From a bacterium (GTDB taxonomy: Bacteria > JACRDZ01 > JAQUKH01): a DNA stretch of 64,000 nt. The DNA lies in the NCBI GenBank assembly GCA_028719205.1, contig JAQUKH010000005.1, positions 1-64,000 of the forward strand. The letters run 5' to 3'. The notes beneath the pieces are model-generated. The model had not been told where the DNA came from, made no database searches, and worked only from the letters and a program-made list of their open reading frames with translations. This document shows positions 40,864 through 51,585 of this stretch, in pieces. The number at the start of each line of letters is the position of its first letter. The stretch's first letter is position 1. The position numbers were made by a program, and so were the translations under genes.

Positions 40864-41790
40864 TTAAGACCGGAAATTTCTGAACCATTCTGTTGTTTTA
40901 CTAAGCCCCTCTTCAAAAGAAACTTTTGGATACCATCCTAATTCCTTAGCCGCAAGGCTTCCATCAATAAATATTTTATTTATTTCCCCCAGCCTGGCAG
41001 GGGCATATTCAGGTTTTTCGGAAAATTTAATTATCTTTTGGAGAGTAGAATATATCTGGTTTACGGAAATACCTATCCCCCAACCCAGATTACAAAATTT
41101 TTTATCTCCTTTTTTTAAAGCAAGAATATTCGCGTCAACTACATCGCTGACATAAACATAATCCCTTAACTGCTCGCCGTCTCCATAAATAACCGGTATC
41201 TCTCCGCTCAGCATCTTCTTAATGAAAATCGCGTTTACTCCGGCCTCACCATGAGGATTTTGCCTGGGGCCAAATACATTCGGGTAACGCAGAACGGTAA
41301 AATTCAAATTATAAAGATAATTATATAAAAAAAGGTAATGTTCAACGGTATGTTTCGAAACACCATAATGGCAGACAGGATTGATAGGATGTTTTTCGTT
41401 TACAGGAAAATATTCAGGTTCTCCATATATAGCCCCGCCGGTAGAAATATAGATAATCTTTTTTACTTTATGTTTTCTGCAGTTTTCAAGGATATTAATT
41501 GAACCTAAGATATTTACATCCGCGTCATACTCGGGATTCTCGATGGATTTACGGACATCCATCTGCGCGGCATGATGGTCAACATAATCCGGTTTTTCTT
41601 TCGCGAAAATTTCATCTATTTTTTTGTCACGGATATCGATCTCGTAGAACCTGGCCTTTTTATTGATATTCTCTTTAAAACCGGTTGTCAAATTATCAAT
41701 AATTACTACTTCATGCCCTTCCGCAATCAAACGATCCACCAGGTTAGAAGCGATAAATCCGGCACCGCCGGTGACGAGGATTTTGGACAT
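40864..41790 (-). CDS. NAD-dependent epimerase (UDP-glucose 4-epimerase-like)
   Basis: [26 protein letters not shown] and NVFGPRQ. Confidence 0.9.
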   Translation of the reverse strand: MSKILVTGGAGFIASNLVDRLIAEGHEVVIIDNLTTGFKENINKKARFYEIDIRDKKIDEIFAKEKPDYVDHHAAQMDVRKSIENPEYDADVNILGSINILENCRKHKVKKIIYISTGGAIYGEPEYFPVNEKHPINPVCHYGVSKHTVEHYLFLYNYLYNLNFTVLRYPNVFGPRQNPHGEAGVNAIFIKKMLSGEIPVIYGDGEQLRDYVYVSDVVDANILALKKGDKKFCNLGWGIGISVNQIYSTLQKIIKFSEKPEYAPARLGEINKIFIDGSLAAKELGWYPKVSFEEGLSKTTEWFRNFRS

Positions 41791-41812
41791 AGGATTTTAT
41801 TTTTTGAAAATG

Positions 41813-41888
41813 TGGCGTCCCCAATCGGATTTGAACCGATGCCGTCGCCGTGAAAGGGCGATGTCCTAGGCCACTAGACGATGGGGAC
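41813..41888 (-). tRNA. tRNA-Glu (TTC)
   Basis: GTCCCCA acceptor stem, anticodon arm TCGCC-CTTTCAC-GGCGA, GGTTCAAATCC and encoded CCA. Confidence 0.95.
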
Positions 41889-41903
41889 GCAAAAAAAATT
41901 AAA

Positions 41904-41979
41904 TGGTGAGCCATGTTGGAATCGAACCAACGACACTCTGCTTAAAAGGCAGATGCTCTACCAACTGAGCTAATGGCCC
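41904..41979 (-). tRNA. tRNA-Lys (TTT)
   Basis: GGGCCATTAGCTCAGTTGGTAGAGCA, anticodon arm TCTGC-CTTTTAA-GCAGA, GGTTCGATTCC and CCA. Confidence 0.95.
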
Positions 41980-42069
41980 TGCATACAATAAATTAAAATA
42001 AAAATAAAATATAAAAAATTCAGTTTTATCTTTTTCTTTTATTTAAAAGCAAACAGTGTACTACACTTT

Positions 42070-43344
42070 TTAGTCTTTGTCAATACTTTGTTCACGCCCT
42101 TCGCCTACAGAGATAAGCGAAACTTTTACTCCGACTAATTCTTCTATTTTTTTTATATATTTCTTCGCGTTTTCCGGCAGTTCATGATAAAACTTTTTTC
42201 CGACCAGACTTTCTTCCCATCCCGGAACTTCTTCATAAACAGGCTTACTCCGTAAAAGAACCCCCATCTGGCTTGGAAATTCTTTCAGAATTTTATTTTT
42301 ATAACGATACCCCGTACATACCTTTATTTTTTTCAATTTATCTAAAATATCCAGTTTTGTCAGGCAAATTTCATTTATACCGTTGATTCTCACCGCGTAA
42401 CGAACTACTACCGCGTCAAACCAGCCGCATCTGCGCGGACGGCCTGTTGTTGCTCCGAATTCTTTACCTTCATCACGCATTACCTCCTGCATCCCCGATG
42501 GAAATTCAGTAAGCATAGGCCCCTCACCCACTCTGGTCGTATAAGCCTTGGCTATCCCCATGATCCTGTCAATCTTGCGAGGATCTATCCCAAGGCCAGT
42601 GAATAAACCGCCGATAGTTGAATTAGAAGATGTTACGTAAGGATATGTCCCCCAATCTATATCGAGCATTGTGCCCTGCGCGCCTTCAAAAATAATATTT
42701 TTCCCGTCATTCATGAAATTATTCAGCAGCAGAGAAATGTCACAGGCAATTTCCTTCATCCTTTTGGCATATCCCATATACTCATCCATAATTTTCTTTT
42801 TGCTGAATCCGGGGTGAAGATACATTTTTCTCAATAAAAAATTTTTCATATTGAGGTTAAGGTCAAGTCTTTCCTCAAAACCATCTTTGTCAAACAGGTC
42901 CCCTATACGTATACCGGTCCGCGCGTATTTATCAGTATAAGCCGGCCCGATACCCAACCCTGTTGTACCGATCTTTTTACCTTTTTTTGCTTTCTCAGTC
43001 AAAATATCAAGCGCCTGATGATAAGGCATAATAACATGAGCTGAATCACTCACAAAGATCCTGCCTTTAAGATCAATACCCCTTTTTGTAAGCATGTCAA
43101 TTTCATTAAATAAAGCCTTAGGGTCAATTACAGCGCCGCTGCCGATAAGGCAGATCCTGCCTTTATGCATTATTCCGGAAGGTATAAGATGAAGAACATA
43201 TTTTTCACCTTTTATGACGACAGTATGCCCGGCATTATGCCCGCCCTGATAGCGAACTACGCAATCCGCGCCTTCTGTAAGCAGATCAACGATCTTGCCT
43301 TTTCCTTCATCTCCCCATTGAGTTCCAATTACTACAGTATTCAT
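42070..43344 (-). CDS. purA: Adenylosuccinate synthetase
   Basis: GTQWGDEGKGK, GGHNAGHT and GATTGRPRRCGW. Start placed at the ATG after a GGAGG RBS. Confidence 0.97.
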   Translation of the reverse strand: MNTVVIGTQWGDEGKGKIVDLLTEGADCVVRYQGGHNAGHTVVIKGEKYVLHLIPSGIMHKGRICLIGSGAVIDPKALFNEIDMLTKRGIDLKGRIFVSDSAHVIMPYHQALDILTEKAKKGKKIGTTGLGIGPAYTDKYARTGIRIGDLFDKDGFEERLDLNLNMKNFLLRKMYLHPGFSKKKIMDEYMGYAKRMKEIACDISLLLNNFMNDGKNIIFEGAQGTMLDIDWGTYPYVTSSNSTIGGLFTGLGIDPRKIDRIMGIAKAYTTRVGEGPMLTEFPSGMQEVMRDEGKEFGATTGRPRRCGWFDAVVVRYAVRINGINEICLTKLDILDKLKKIKVCTGYRYKNKILKEFPSQMGVLLRSKPVYEEVPGWEESLVGKKFYHELPENAKKYIKKIEELVGVKVSLISVGEGREQSIDKD

Positions 43345-43452
43345 ATTCCTCCAAACACCCTTATACACAGAAAAAAACTCTGAGTAATAATTTATACACC
43401 CAGAGTTCCTTAGATCTTATAATATACTATCTTTTTATGCTTGTCAAGACAT

Positions 43453-45036
43453 CTACAAAATAACAAGTTTTATTTTAGTAATTCCTTCCACTTGTTCGAT
43501 CTTTTTCAAAATGGCCGCGGAAATATCGTCATCAACATTAAAAACAGCAATTGCCTGCCCGCCGTTTTGTGTCCGGGCATATTTCATACCGGCAATATTG
43601 ATTGAATTTTCACCCAAAATCGTACCGATCTTCCCTATCACCCCGGGCTTATCGATATTAAAACAAACCAGCATATATTTTGAGAATGTCGCGTCGATCA
43701 TAAAGTCATCTATTTTAACCAGCCTGGGTTCAGTTTGAGAGATCAGAGAACCTGCCACTTTCATTGTCCTTTTATCTGTAGTCACTTTTACCAAAACTAA
43801 ATTTGCAAATGAATTCGCCTCACTGCTTTTGCTTTCCACGATCTTTATCCCGCGTTCCTGAGCGATTACCGGCGCGTTAACTAAATTTATCGTCTCAGAA
43901 AGCATCGGTTTTAAAAGGCCTATTAAAACTGAAAGTGTTATAGGGGAAAGATCATAACAGGTTATTTCACCGCTATACTCAACATAAACCTCTTCAATAT
44001 GGCCTTCATTTATCTGAGAAATAAACTTGCCGATCTTTTCAGCCAGATCAATATACGGCCTGAGTTTATTTAATATTTCAGGTTCCAATGTAGGAATATT
44101 TACGGCGTTGCGTATCATTTTACCATTAAAAGCGTCAACCATTTGTTCAGCGATCTGAATTGCCACATTCAACTGGGCCTCTTCTGTCGACGCGCCCAAA
44201 TGAGGCGTTACCAGGATCTGAGGCGATAAAATAGCCGGGCTGTTAAATGGCGGTTCCTCTTCAAAAACATCCAGCGCCGCGCCTGCGACCTTTCCGCTTT
44301 TGATCGCCTCACATAAAGCTTTTTCATCCACAACTCCGCCGCGCGCGCAATTAATTATCCGCACTCCTTTTTTCATCATGTCAAATTCCTTTGCCCCGAG
44401 CAAATATTTTGTCTCGGTAGTTAACGGAATATGAAGAGAAATATAATCAGCCTGCGGTAAAATATCCCGCACGCTCATCAAAGTAATACTTAAATTTTTT
44501 GCCTTCTCGACTGACAGTACCGGATCATATCCGATAACCTGCATGCCTAATCCCTGCGCCCGCTTGGCCACTTCACGGCCGATACGGCCCAATCCGATAA
44601 CCGCGAGTGTTTTCTTATAGACCTCTGTTCCCGTAAACTTTTTACGTTCCCATAATTTATTTTTCATTGAGGCATCTGCCGCCGCGATATTCCGGGACAT
44701 CGCTAAAAGCAGAGTAATTGTATGTTCCGCCGCGGAAATAGTATTCCCGCCCGGTGTATTCATCACAACAATACCCTTTTTAGTCGCTGCCTCAACATCA
44801 ACATTATCCACGCCGACACCCGCCCTGCCGATAACCTTCAGTTTATGGGCCGCGGCAATAATTTCTTTTGTCACTTTAGTTTCACTGCGGACGATCAAAC
44901 CTTCATATTCACCAATGATCTTTATTATTTCATCCTGAGGAAGTTTTAATTTAACATCCACTTCAAGGTTTTTATCACTCTTGAGGATCTTTATTCCTTC
45001 TTCTGATATCGGATCTGTAACTAAAATTTTCGCCAT
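43453..45036 (-). CDS. serA: D-3-phosphoglycerate dehydrogenase
   Basis: GRAGVGVDN, GLGRIG and TPHLGAST; C-terminal ASB and ACT domains. Confidence 0.96.
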   Translation of the reverse strand: MAKILVTDPISEEGIKILKSDKNLEVDVKLKLPQDEIIKIIGEYEGLIVRSETKVTKEIIAAAHKLKVIGRAGVGVDNVDVEAATKKGIVVMNTPGGNTISAAEHTITLLLAMSRNIAAADASMKNKLWERKKFTGTEVYKKTLAVIGLGRIGREVAKRAQGLGMQVIGYDPVLSVEKAKNLSITLMSVRDILPQADYISLHIPLTTETKYLLGAKEFDMMKKGVRIINCARGGVVDEKALCEAIKSGKVAGAALDVFEEEPPFNSPAILSPQILVTPHLGASTEEAQLNVAIQIAEQMVDAFNGKMIRNAVNIPTLEPEILNKLRPYIDLAEKIGKFISQINEGHIEEVYVEYSGEITCYDLSPITLSVLIGLLKPMLSETINLVNAPVIAQERGIKIVESKSSEANSFANLVLVKVTTDKRTMKVAGSLISQTEPRLVKIDDFMIDATFSKYMLVCFNIDKPGVIGKIGTILGENSINIAGMKYARTQNGGQAIAVFNVDDDISAAILKKIEQVEGITKIKLVIL

Positions 45037-45055
45037 TTGTTCTCCTGTTGTTAAC

Positions 45056-45117
45056 GTAGGGGCGAACCCATGTGTTCGCCCTTCATATATTGGGCAGACA
45101 CGCGGGTCTGCCCCTAC
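45056..45117. repeat. REP doublet (GTAG-type REP/REPIN)
   Basis: GTAGGGGCGAAC-ccatgt-GTTCGCCC ... GGGCAGAC-acgcgg-GTCTGCCCCTAC. Confidence 0.8.
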
Positions 45118-45124
45118 AATAAAT

Positions 45125-46261
45125 TTATGCCATTAAAACTTTTTGCGCCGCGCCTACACCTTTGCCCAGTTCAAGTTTATATCCCATTTCAACGAGTACC
45201 ATTTCCATCGCGGAAATAACTATTACAATATCAAACACATCCATATATCCGAGATGCGCGATCCTGAATATTTTGCCTTTCACATGATCCTGTCCGCCGA
45301 TTATAGTAACGTCATATTTGCTTTTCAATTTTTTGATAAATAAACCGCAGTCAATTCCGGCAGGAGATTTTACCGGCGTTACAGCATTGCTTGGAGCATC
45401 AGGCGCAAAAAGTTCCAAACCCATTGCCTTAGCCGCTTCACGAACTGCTCTTCCCATTTTTTCGTGTCTTTTGATCACGTTATCCAGGCCTTCTTCCAGT
45501 ATCATTGATAAAGACTTGTTTAAACCGATAACAAGGGAGATTGCTGAAGTAAAAGGCGTCTCTCCGTCTTCCAGAGATTTTCTGGCCTTTTTCAAACTGT
45601 AATAAAATTTAGGCAGTTTGGATTTTTCGGTCATTTTCCATGCCTTATCGCTTACTGAAATAAAAGCAAGGCCTGGAGGAAGCATTAAAGCCTTCTGAGA
45701 ACCTGTTACCGCTATATCAACATGCCAATCATCCGTACGGAATTCTTCAGCGCCAAGCCCGCTGATAGCATCAACAACGAGTATCGCGTCTGTATCTTTA
45801 ACTATATTCCCAACCGCCTGAATATCCGTTCTCGCGCCGGTTGAAGTTTCAACTAAAGTTGTAAAAACAGCTTTTATAGCTTTATTTTCCTGCAAGTGCT
45901 TCTTAATATCATTCGGATTTACCGCCTTACCCCATTCTATATCTATATAAACTACATTTACGCCGTAAGCTTCCGCTATTTTGCCCCATCTTTCCCCAAA
46001 TTTTCCGCCTTTTACCACAAGAACGGTATCTCCGGCAGAAAGGGTATTAACCACAGCCGCTTCCATCGCGCCCGTACCGGAAGAGGTCATTACAAAAACA
46101 TCGTTTTTAGTTCTGTAAACTTCCTTTAAAGCAACGTTCACCTTTTTAAATAATTCAATATAAACAGGTGTCCGGTGATGAATTATCGGCTTTGCCATTT
46201 CTAAAGAAACTTCCGGCGGAATCATCGTCGGCCCGGGTGTTAATAGATAATTTTTTCTCAT
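45125..46261 (-). CDS. Class V aminotransferase (serine-glyoxylate family, probable phosphoserine aminotransferase)
   Basis: LLTPGPT, SSGTGAMEAA and GSQKALMLPPG; upstream of serA. Confidence 0.88.
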   Translation of the reverse strand: MRKNYLLTPGPTMIPPEVSLEMAKPIIHHRTPVYIELFKKVNVALKEVYRTKNDVFVMTSSGTGAMEAAVVNTLSAGDTVLVVKGGKFGERWGKIAEAYGVNVVYIDIEWGKAVNPNDIKKHLQENKAIKAVFTTLVETSTGARTDIQAVGNIVKDTDAILVVDAISGLGAEEFRTDDWHVDIAVTGSQKALMLPPGLAFISVSDKAWKMTEKSKLPKFYYSLKKARKSLEDGETPFTSAISLVIGLNKSLSMILEEGLDNVIKRHEKMGRAVREAAKAMGLELFAPDAPSNAVTPVKSPAGIDCGLFIKKLKSKYDVTIIGGQDHVKGKIFRIAHLGYMDVFDIVIVISAMEMVLVEMGYKLELGKGVGAAQKVLMA

Positions 46262-46334
46262 ATCGCAGTCTCCCTTTTTATTATATTAAGTGTATATTAT
46301 ATCTTAGAGGTAAATGTATGGCAAGCACTTTTCT

Positions 46335-47555
46335 TTAATCTTTTTTTATCAGTTTCAAGAACTTTCTTTTTCCAACTTTCAAAAGAGATTCTTTCTTATT
46401 TCCAAAATCATATTTGTCTTCTGATACTTTTATCCCGTCGATACTTACTCCACCCTGCTCTATAAGTCTTCTTGCCTCGCCTTTACTAGATACTAGTTCA
46501 TTTTGCACCATTATTTCACCCAGACTGCATCTTGAACTTGATGAAGATGATGATATAATAAATTCAGGAATTTCATCCGGCTGGCCTTTTTTCGAGAAGA
46601 TCTCGTTAAACTCCCTTTCCGCGTTATCCGCCTCCTCTTTCGGGTAATAATCAGTTATTATAAGTTTAGCGAGCCTGCTTTTTACAAATTTTGGATTGAT
46701 CGCGCCTTCTTTCATCTGGCTTTTTAATTCATTTAATTCTTCTTCAGGAACATCCGTCAAAAGCTTGTAATATTTCATCATCATTTCATCAGAAACAGAC
46801 ATTAGCTTACCGTATATTTCTCTCGGCGGTTCGTTTATTCCTATGTAATTCCCGTAACTTTTACTCATTTTTCTGACACCGTCTGTTCCTTCAAGCAAAG
46901 GCATTGTAAGAACAACCTGCGATTCCTGTCCGTATTCTTTCTGCAGGGCGCGCCCGACCAGCAGATTAAATTTCTGGTCTGTCCCGCCTATCTCGATATC
47001 CGCCTTAAGTTCCACTGAATCATATCCCTGTGCTAACGGATACAAAAATTCATGGATGCCGATCGGTTCCTCTTTTTTATACCGGTTGGAAAAATCATCG
47101 CGTTCCAGAACCCTCGCGACTGTGTAGTGCGATGCCAGTTTTATCACATCGCTGAAATTCATCTGGTTCAGCCAATGGCTGTTATAAACGATCTCAACTT
47201 TATCGAGGTCAAGGATCCTGCCGATCTGTTTCACATAAGTTTTTGAATTATTTTCCACGTCTTCTTTTGACATGGGCGGGCGTGTCACTGACCTGCCGCT
47301 TGGATCGCCGATCATTGCCGTAAAATCACCTATCAAAAAAATTATCTTGTGCCCCAGGTCCTGAAACTGTCTTAATTTTCTGAGAACTACCGTATGCCCC
47401 AGATGAATATCCGGCGCGGTCGGATCAGCCCCGAACTTTACTTTGAGAGGCCTTTTCTCTTTTCTGCACAATTCCAATTTTTTCAGGAGTTCTTCTTTTG
47501 AAATTATTTCTTCCGCCCCTCGTTTAATTATTTCTAATTGTTTATTAACATCCAT
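46335..47555 (-). CDS. tyrS: Tyrosine--tRNA ligase
   Basis: [26 protein letters not shown] and C-terminal S4 domain. Confidence 0.97.
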   Translation of the reverse strand: MDVNKQLEIIKRGAEEIISKEELLKKLELCRKEKRPLKVKFGADPTAPDIHLGHTVVLRKLRQFQDLGHKIIFLIGDFTAMIGDPSGRSVTRPPMSKEDVENNSKTYVKQIGRILDLDKVEIVYNSHWLNQMNFSDVIKLASHYTVARVLERDDFSNRYKKEEPIGIHEFLYPLAQGYDSVELKADIEIGGTDQKFNLLVGRALQKEYGQESQVVLTMPLLEGTDGVRKMSKSYGNYIGINEPPREIYGKLMSVSDEMMMKYYKLLTDVPEEELNELKSQMKEGAINPKFVKSRLAKLIITDYYPKEEADNAEREFNEIFSKKGQPDEIPEFIISSSSSSSRCSLGEIMVQNELVSSKGEARRLIEQGGVSIDGIKVSEDKYDFGNKKESLLKVGKRKFLKLIKKD

Positions 47556-47559
47556 AATT

Positions 47560-48237
47560 TCACCTCTTCGTTTTTTTACCTAACAATTTAATTAAAACAA
47601 TTCCCGCGATAAATCCCCCGATATGCGCGAACCACGCAATACCCTGGGTTTCTCCGATCCCTAAAGATGTGAATCCATTCAAAAACTGAATGACTATCCA
47701 AAACCCTATAACAAAGAATGCCGGGACCTGAATAAATTTTAAGAATATAATGATCGGGACAACCACTAATATTTTAGCGCGGGGATAAAGTAAAAGATAC
47801 GCGCCCAGGATCCCTGAAATAGCGCCGCTCGCTCCGATTACAGGCACGTTAGAACTTATATTTACAACAGTATGCGTTACCGTAGCTAGGATACCACACG
47901 CGAAATAAAAAAGCAAAAATTTTGTATGGCCGAGATAATCCTCAATATTATTCCCGAAGATCCAAAGGTAGAGCATATTTCCCAGAAGATGCATCAGGCT
48001 CGCGTGCAAAAAAATCGATGTAACAATATTTACATATACAGGAAGAGAACTTTTTATTAATATATGCCTGCCATGTAAAAGTTCAGACGGGATCAATCCC
48101 ATTTTATCGATAAAAACACGCCCGCCTTCACCCCCCAGAGACATCTCATAAATAAAAACTCCGATATTCAATAAGATCAATAAAATCGTAAAAAACGGAA
48201 ATGTCTTTGTCGGGTTATCGTCTTTTAAAGGAATCAT
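47560..48237 (-). CDS. Rhomboid intramembrane serine protease
   Basis: [21 protein letters not shown] and AHIGGF. Confidence 0.93.
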   Translation of the reverse strand: MIPLKDDNPTKTFPFFTILLILLNIGVFIYEMSLGGEGGRVFIDKMGLIPSELLHGRHILIKSSLPVYVNIVTSIFLHASLMHLLGNMLYLWIFGNNIEDYLGHTKFLLFYFACGILATVTHTVVNISSNVPVIGASGAISGILGAYLLLYPRAKILVVVPIIIFLKFIQVPAFFVIGFWIVIQFLNGFTSLGIGETQGIAWFAHIGGFIAGIVLIKLLGKKTKR

Positions 48238-48371
48238 TTTCCACAGTTTTGAATTTAAATATTAAATAATTCTATATTTTATATTAAATCCAACTAAAAT
48301 GATAATAAAATATTAATTGATAAATAAATAATTTATTGATATATTCAGGCAAATAACAGAAAGGAAATATT

Positions 48372-50081
48372 GTGCCCCTGAAAAAATATTCGATATTATT
48401 ACTTTTATGTATTTTTTACACTTATTATTTTACCGCTGCCCTTTACGCTGACCAGACGGAAGAATTGTTATTTTCTGCCGGTAATGGCGATACAAAAGAA
48501 ATGAAAGCTGTCCTGGATAAAGACCCAAATATAATAAACTCAAAAAGCAGTGAAGGGATAACAGCTTTAATGCTGGCGGCTCAGGAAGGACATTTAGAAA
48601 ATGTCAAGGTCTTACTGGAGAAAGGGGCGGATTTTAATATTAAATTCTCTGACGGCAGGGATGCTTTAATGATCGCGGTCCAGCATAACCATACTGAAGT
48701 AGTTAAAGTTTTGCTTGATAAAGGTATGAACGTGAATACTATGTATAATGACGGAATAACTGCCCTGATCAGCGCGGCATGGGAAGGATATAATGAAACT
48801 GTAAAAGCGTTACTGGAAAAAGGAGCGGATTTTAATATTAAATTGCCTGACGGCAGAGATGCTTTAATGATCGCATCTCAACAAGGTCAAACTGAAACAG
48901 TCAAGATTTTGCTTGATAAAGGTATGGCCGTGAATACTATGAATAATGACAGGATAACTGCCCTGACCAGCGCGGCATGGGAAGGACATACTGAAACTGT
49001 AAAAGCGCTGCTGGACAAAAATGCTGATATAAACATGCAATCCAAAAACGGTTTAACACCTTTGATAGCCGCAACCCAGAACGAACATGCTGAAACAATA
49101 AGAACATTAATAGATAAAGGAGCAAACCTGGATTTAGAAGCTAATGGAATGACTGCATTTCTGACTGCCGTACAAAAAGGGAATATTAATATCATCCAGA
49201 TATTTTTAGATAGAAATATAAACATTAATAAACCAAGCAAAAATGGCCTGACTGCTTTAATTGCCGCGATACAAGCAGGTAATACCGATACCGTAAAATT
49301 ATTGATCAAAAAAGGGGTTGACCTGGATATTACATACGGCAGAAGTAAAACAGCTTTAATGGTTGCCTCTGAAGAAGGCCGTACTGAAATAGTAAATCTG
49401 TTATTGCTGAATAAAAACTCAGATATAAACGCGCAATTCGGACAAGGTATTACCGCATTAATATTGGCAGTCCAGCAGGGCCATACGGAAACTGTAAAAG
49501 TCCTGCTGGCAAACGGTGCGGATGTTTACGCGGTATGCGGCAATAATACTTCTGCTTTAATGTTCGCTTCACTGTTCAACCATGTTGAAATAATAAAACT
49601 ATTATTAGATAAAGGCGTTGATATAAATGCTGTTGATAATGAAGGATTTACAGCCTTAATGTTTGCCGCGCAAAAAGGCAGTACCGAAGCTTTTAAGATC
49701 TTATTGGATAACGGCGCTAAAACAAATATTGAATCGCATAACGGCATGACAGCTTTTTCAATCGCAGTTACGGAAGATCACACTGAATGTATCATAGCGC
49801 TTTTGGAAAAAATAAATGAAAAAGATTTTATTAAGATCGAGGAAGACCTGATCCGCAAATTGTCTGATGATGATATAAATGTTATTTTATACGCCGCAAA
49901 AGCGTTAGGAGTAATAAAAGGCACCTTAGCCATTAAATTTTTAATAAACGCCTTAAGCCATGAAAATCAGGAAGTTAAATATGAAATATCAAGATCTTTA
50001 AGAAAGATTACAGGCGTGAGTTTTGGCTCAGATCAGGCAAAATGGCAGGAATGGTGGAAAGAAAAAAATAAAAAACAGTAA
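48372..50081 (+). CDS. Secreted ankyrin-repeat protein with C-terminal HEAT-like repeats
   Basis: Signal peptide, more than 12 G-x-TALxxA...G...VxxLL repeats, and a LRKITG..FG.D..KW..WW C-terminus. Confidence 0.9.
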   Translation: MPLKKYSILLLLCIFYTYYFTAALYADQTEELLFSAGNGDTKEMKAVLDKDPNIINSKSSEGITALMLAAQEGHLENVKVLLEKGADFNIKFSDGRDALMIAVQHNHTEVVKVLLDKGMNVNTMYNDGITALISAAWEGYNETVKALLEKGADFNIKLPDGRDALMIASQQGQTETVKILLDKGMAVNTMNNDRITALTSAAWEGHTETVKALLDKNADINMQSKNGLTPLIAATQNEHAETIRTLIDKGANLDLEANGMTAFLTAVQKGNINIIQIFLDRNININKPSKNGLTALIAAIQAGNTDTVKLLIKKGVDLDITYGRSKTALMVASEEGRTEIVNLLLLNKNSDINAQFGQGITALILAVQQGHTETVKVLLANGADVYAVCGNNTSALMFASLFNHVEIIKLLLDKGVDINAVDNEGFTALMFAAQKGSTEAFKILLDNGAKTNIESHNGMTAFSIAVTEDHTECIIALLEKINEKDFIKIEEDLIRKLSDDDINVILYAAKALGVIKGTLAIKFLINALSHENQEVKYEISRSLRKITGVSFGSDQAKWQEWWKEKNKKQ

Positions 50082-50105
50082 AAGGGCATAATAATAAAAT
50101 ATCCA

Positions 50106-50133
50106 TTGACTTTAAAAGAATAATTGATAAAAT
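50106..50133 (+). promoter_or_regulatory. Sigma70-like promoter of tRNA-Leu
   Basis: TTGACT-16-TAAAAT with an extended TG motif. Confidence 0.55.
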
Positions 50134-50151
50134 GACTGATAATCAAAATAC

Positions 50152-50238
50152 GCCGGAGTGGTGAAACTGGTAGACGCAGAGGACTCAAAATCCTCCGGAC
50201 GCAAGTTCATGTCGGTTCGATTCCGACCTCCGGCACCA
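50152..50238 (+). tRNA. tRNA-Leu (CAA)
   Basis: GCCGGAG acceptor stem, GAGGA-CTCAAAA-TCCTC anticodon arm, long variable arm, GGTTCGATTCC and CCA. Confidence 0.96.
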
Positions 50239-50320
50239 TCAAATGTTGTTTATTTTCAATGAGTTGTGTCTTCCCAAGGTCTTTCTTATTCATCACTTAT
50301 TTCGGCTGTTTTATCCAAAC

Positions 50321-50413
50321 TGTGCCCAAAACGTGCCCATCAGAACACAAATGGACACATTTCCACACAACACATACCTCATAAAGATACATCCTTTACC
50401 CACAACATTATTG
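50321..50413 (+). repeat. Direct repeat copy 1 (integrase arm-site-like)
   Basis: tgtgcccaaaacgtgcccatca...cataaagatacatccttt; related to 51247-51346. Confidence 0.65.
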
Positions 50414-50425
50414 AAATTTCAAAAT

Positions 50426-51031
50426 TTAAAATCTATGATTTAAGGAAATTCCAATTGAAGGCATTCCTTTTGAATCGGGAAGCATTGCAAAACCCACCCG
50501 TGTGTTTTTCTCGTAAGGAGCATAAGCAAGTTTTGGACCTTCAATCATTCCAAATCCAAGACCTGCAATAGAACCACCTATATATCCCCAAGCCATACTT
50601 TGCCAAATATGTCTAGAATTGTTTGTATTAGAATAAGATATTCCCCCAACTGCTGTACCAACTGCCAGCCCAAGAGCCCCACCTAACCACATATCTCTAA
50701 TAAGAAATGCTCCAAAACCTGTTTGATCGTTATGAAAATCATAAAATCCAATACCTAAACCCAATGCTGTTCCACCAATTACGCCATATAATGCACCGTT
50801 TGTAATACGTTTTCTTTTTCCTTCACTGTTTAGTTTGTCTCTTCCCTCATATACCCGGATACTTCCAATTGATAAACCAAGAAGTGCCCCATGCTGCAAC
50901 TCTGCCCATCCATAGTTAATTATTGAGGGTCTATCTTTTGGATCAATAGTTCCAAAAAAATCATTGCCTGCCCTTGCATATCCTGTTAAAACAAAGATAA
51001 TAACGATTACAACTAAAGATTTATTTATCAT
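50426..51031 (-). CDS. Glycine-zipper membrane or secreted protein
   Basis: Signal peptide, repeated GxxxGxxxG helices and C-terminal Phe. Confidence 0.75.
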   Translation of the reverse strand: MINKSLVVIVIIFVLTGYARAGNDFFGTIDPKDRPSIINYGWAELQHGALLGLSIGSIRVYEGRDKLNSEGKRKRITNGALYGVIGGTALGLGIGFYDFHNDQTGFGAFLIRDMWLGGALGLAVGTAVGGISYSNTNNSRHIWQSMAWGYIGGSIAGLGFGMIEGPKLAYAPYEKNTRVGFAMLPDSKGMPSIGISLNHRF

Positions 51032-51246
51032 TTCTCCTCCTAATAGTTACTTTTATATTTATCGTGATTTTATAATCATGATCCACTTAAGTCAATATAA
51101 ATATTGTAAATTATTTATAAAACTACACAAAAAATCGGTATATTCCTAAAATAGACATTATAATATGGAATACTTATAATTATTAAGATTTATTATTTCC
51201 CAATGATATTCAATAAAAAAAGGAGAGCATTTCGCCCTCTCTTTTC

Positions 51247-51346
51247 TGTGCCTAAAACGTGCCCATCATTACAAAAAAAGGCACGTTTTCACAAATCTCC
51301 AGCCAACATGTTTCATAAAGATATATCCTTTATCAACAATATTTTG
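51247..51346 (+). repeat. Direct repeat copy 2 (integrase arm-site-like)
   Basis: tgtgcctaaaacgtgcccatca...cataaagatatatccttt. Confidence 0.65.
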
Positions 51347-51395
51347 CCTTATTTATTAAGCACTTACTTGAACCTCAAAAACACCCTGATTAGGG

Positions 51396-51450
51396 CTCAA
51401 AATCCTCCGGTCGCAAGATCATGTCGGTTCGATTCCGACCTCCGGCACCA
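51396..51450 (+). repeat. Duplicated 3' part of tRNA-Leu (attR-like)
   Basis: ctcaaaatcctccggtcgcaagatcatgtcggttcgattccgacctccggcacca; differs from the tRNA at two positions. Confidence 0.92.
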
Positions 51451-51585
51451 AAAATTTTCGTTTCACTCAAATTTTTATGTATTTAGTAATTTGTAATTAG
51501 TATTTTGGACGTGGAATAAGATTTATTAAAACGAAAATTTTTTCCTAAATACAAATTACACACACTCACACAAACTATATTTCCT

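Noticed and set aside
46530..46555. Poly-Ser stretch in TyrS
   Set aside because: It is encoded by mixed codons in a linker before the S4 domain, so it is not a slippage tract.
51396..51450. Second tRNA-Leu gene
   Set aside because: It lacks the 5' acceptor strand and D-arm, so it is an att duplication.
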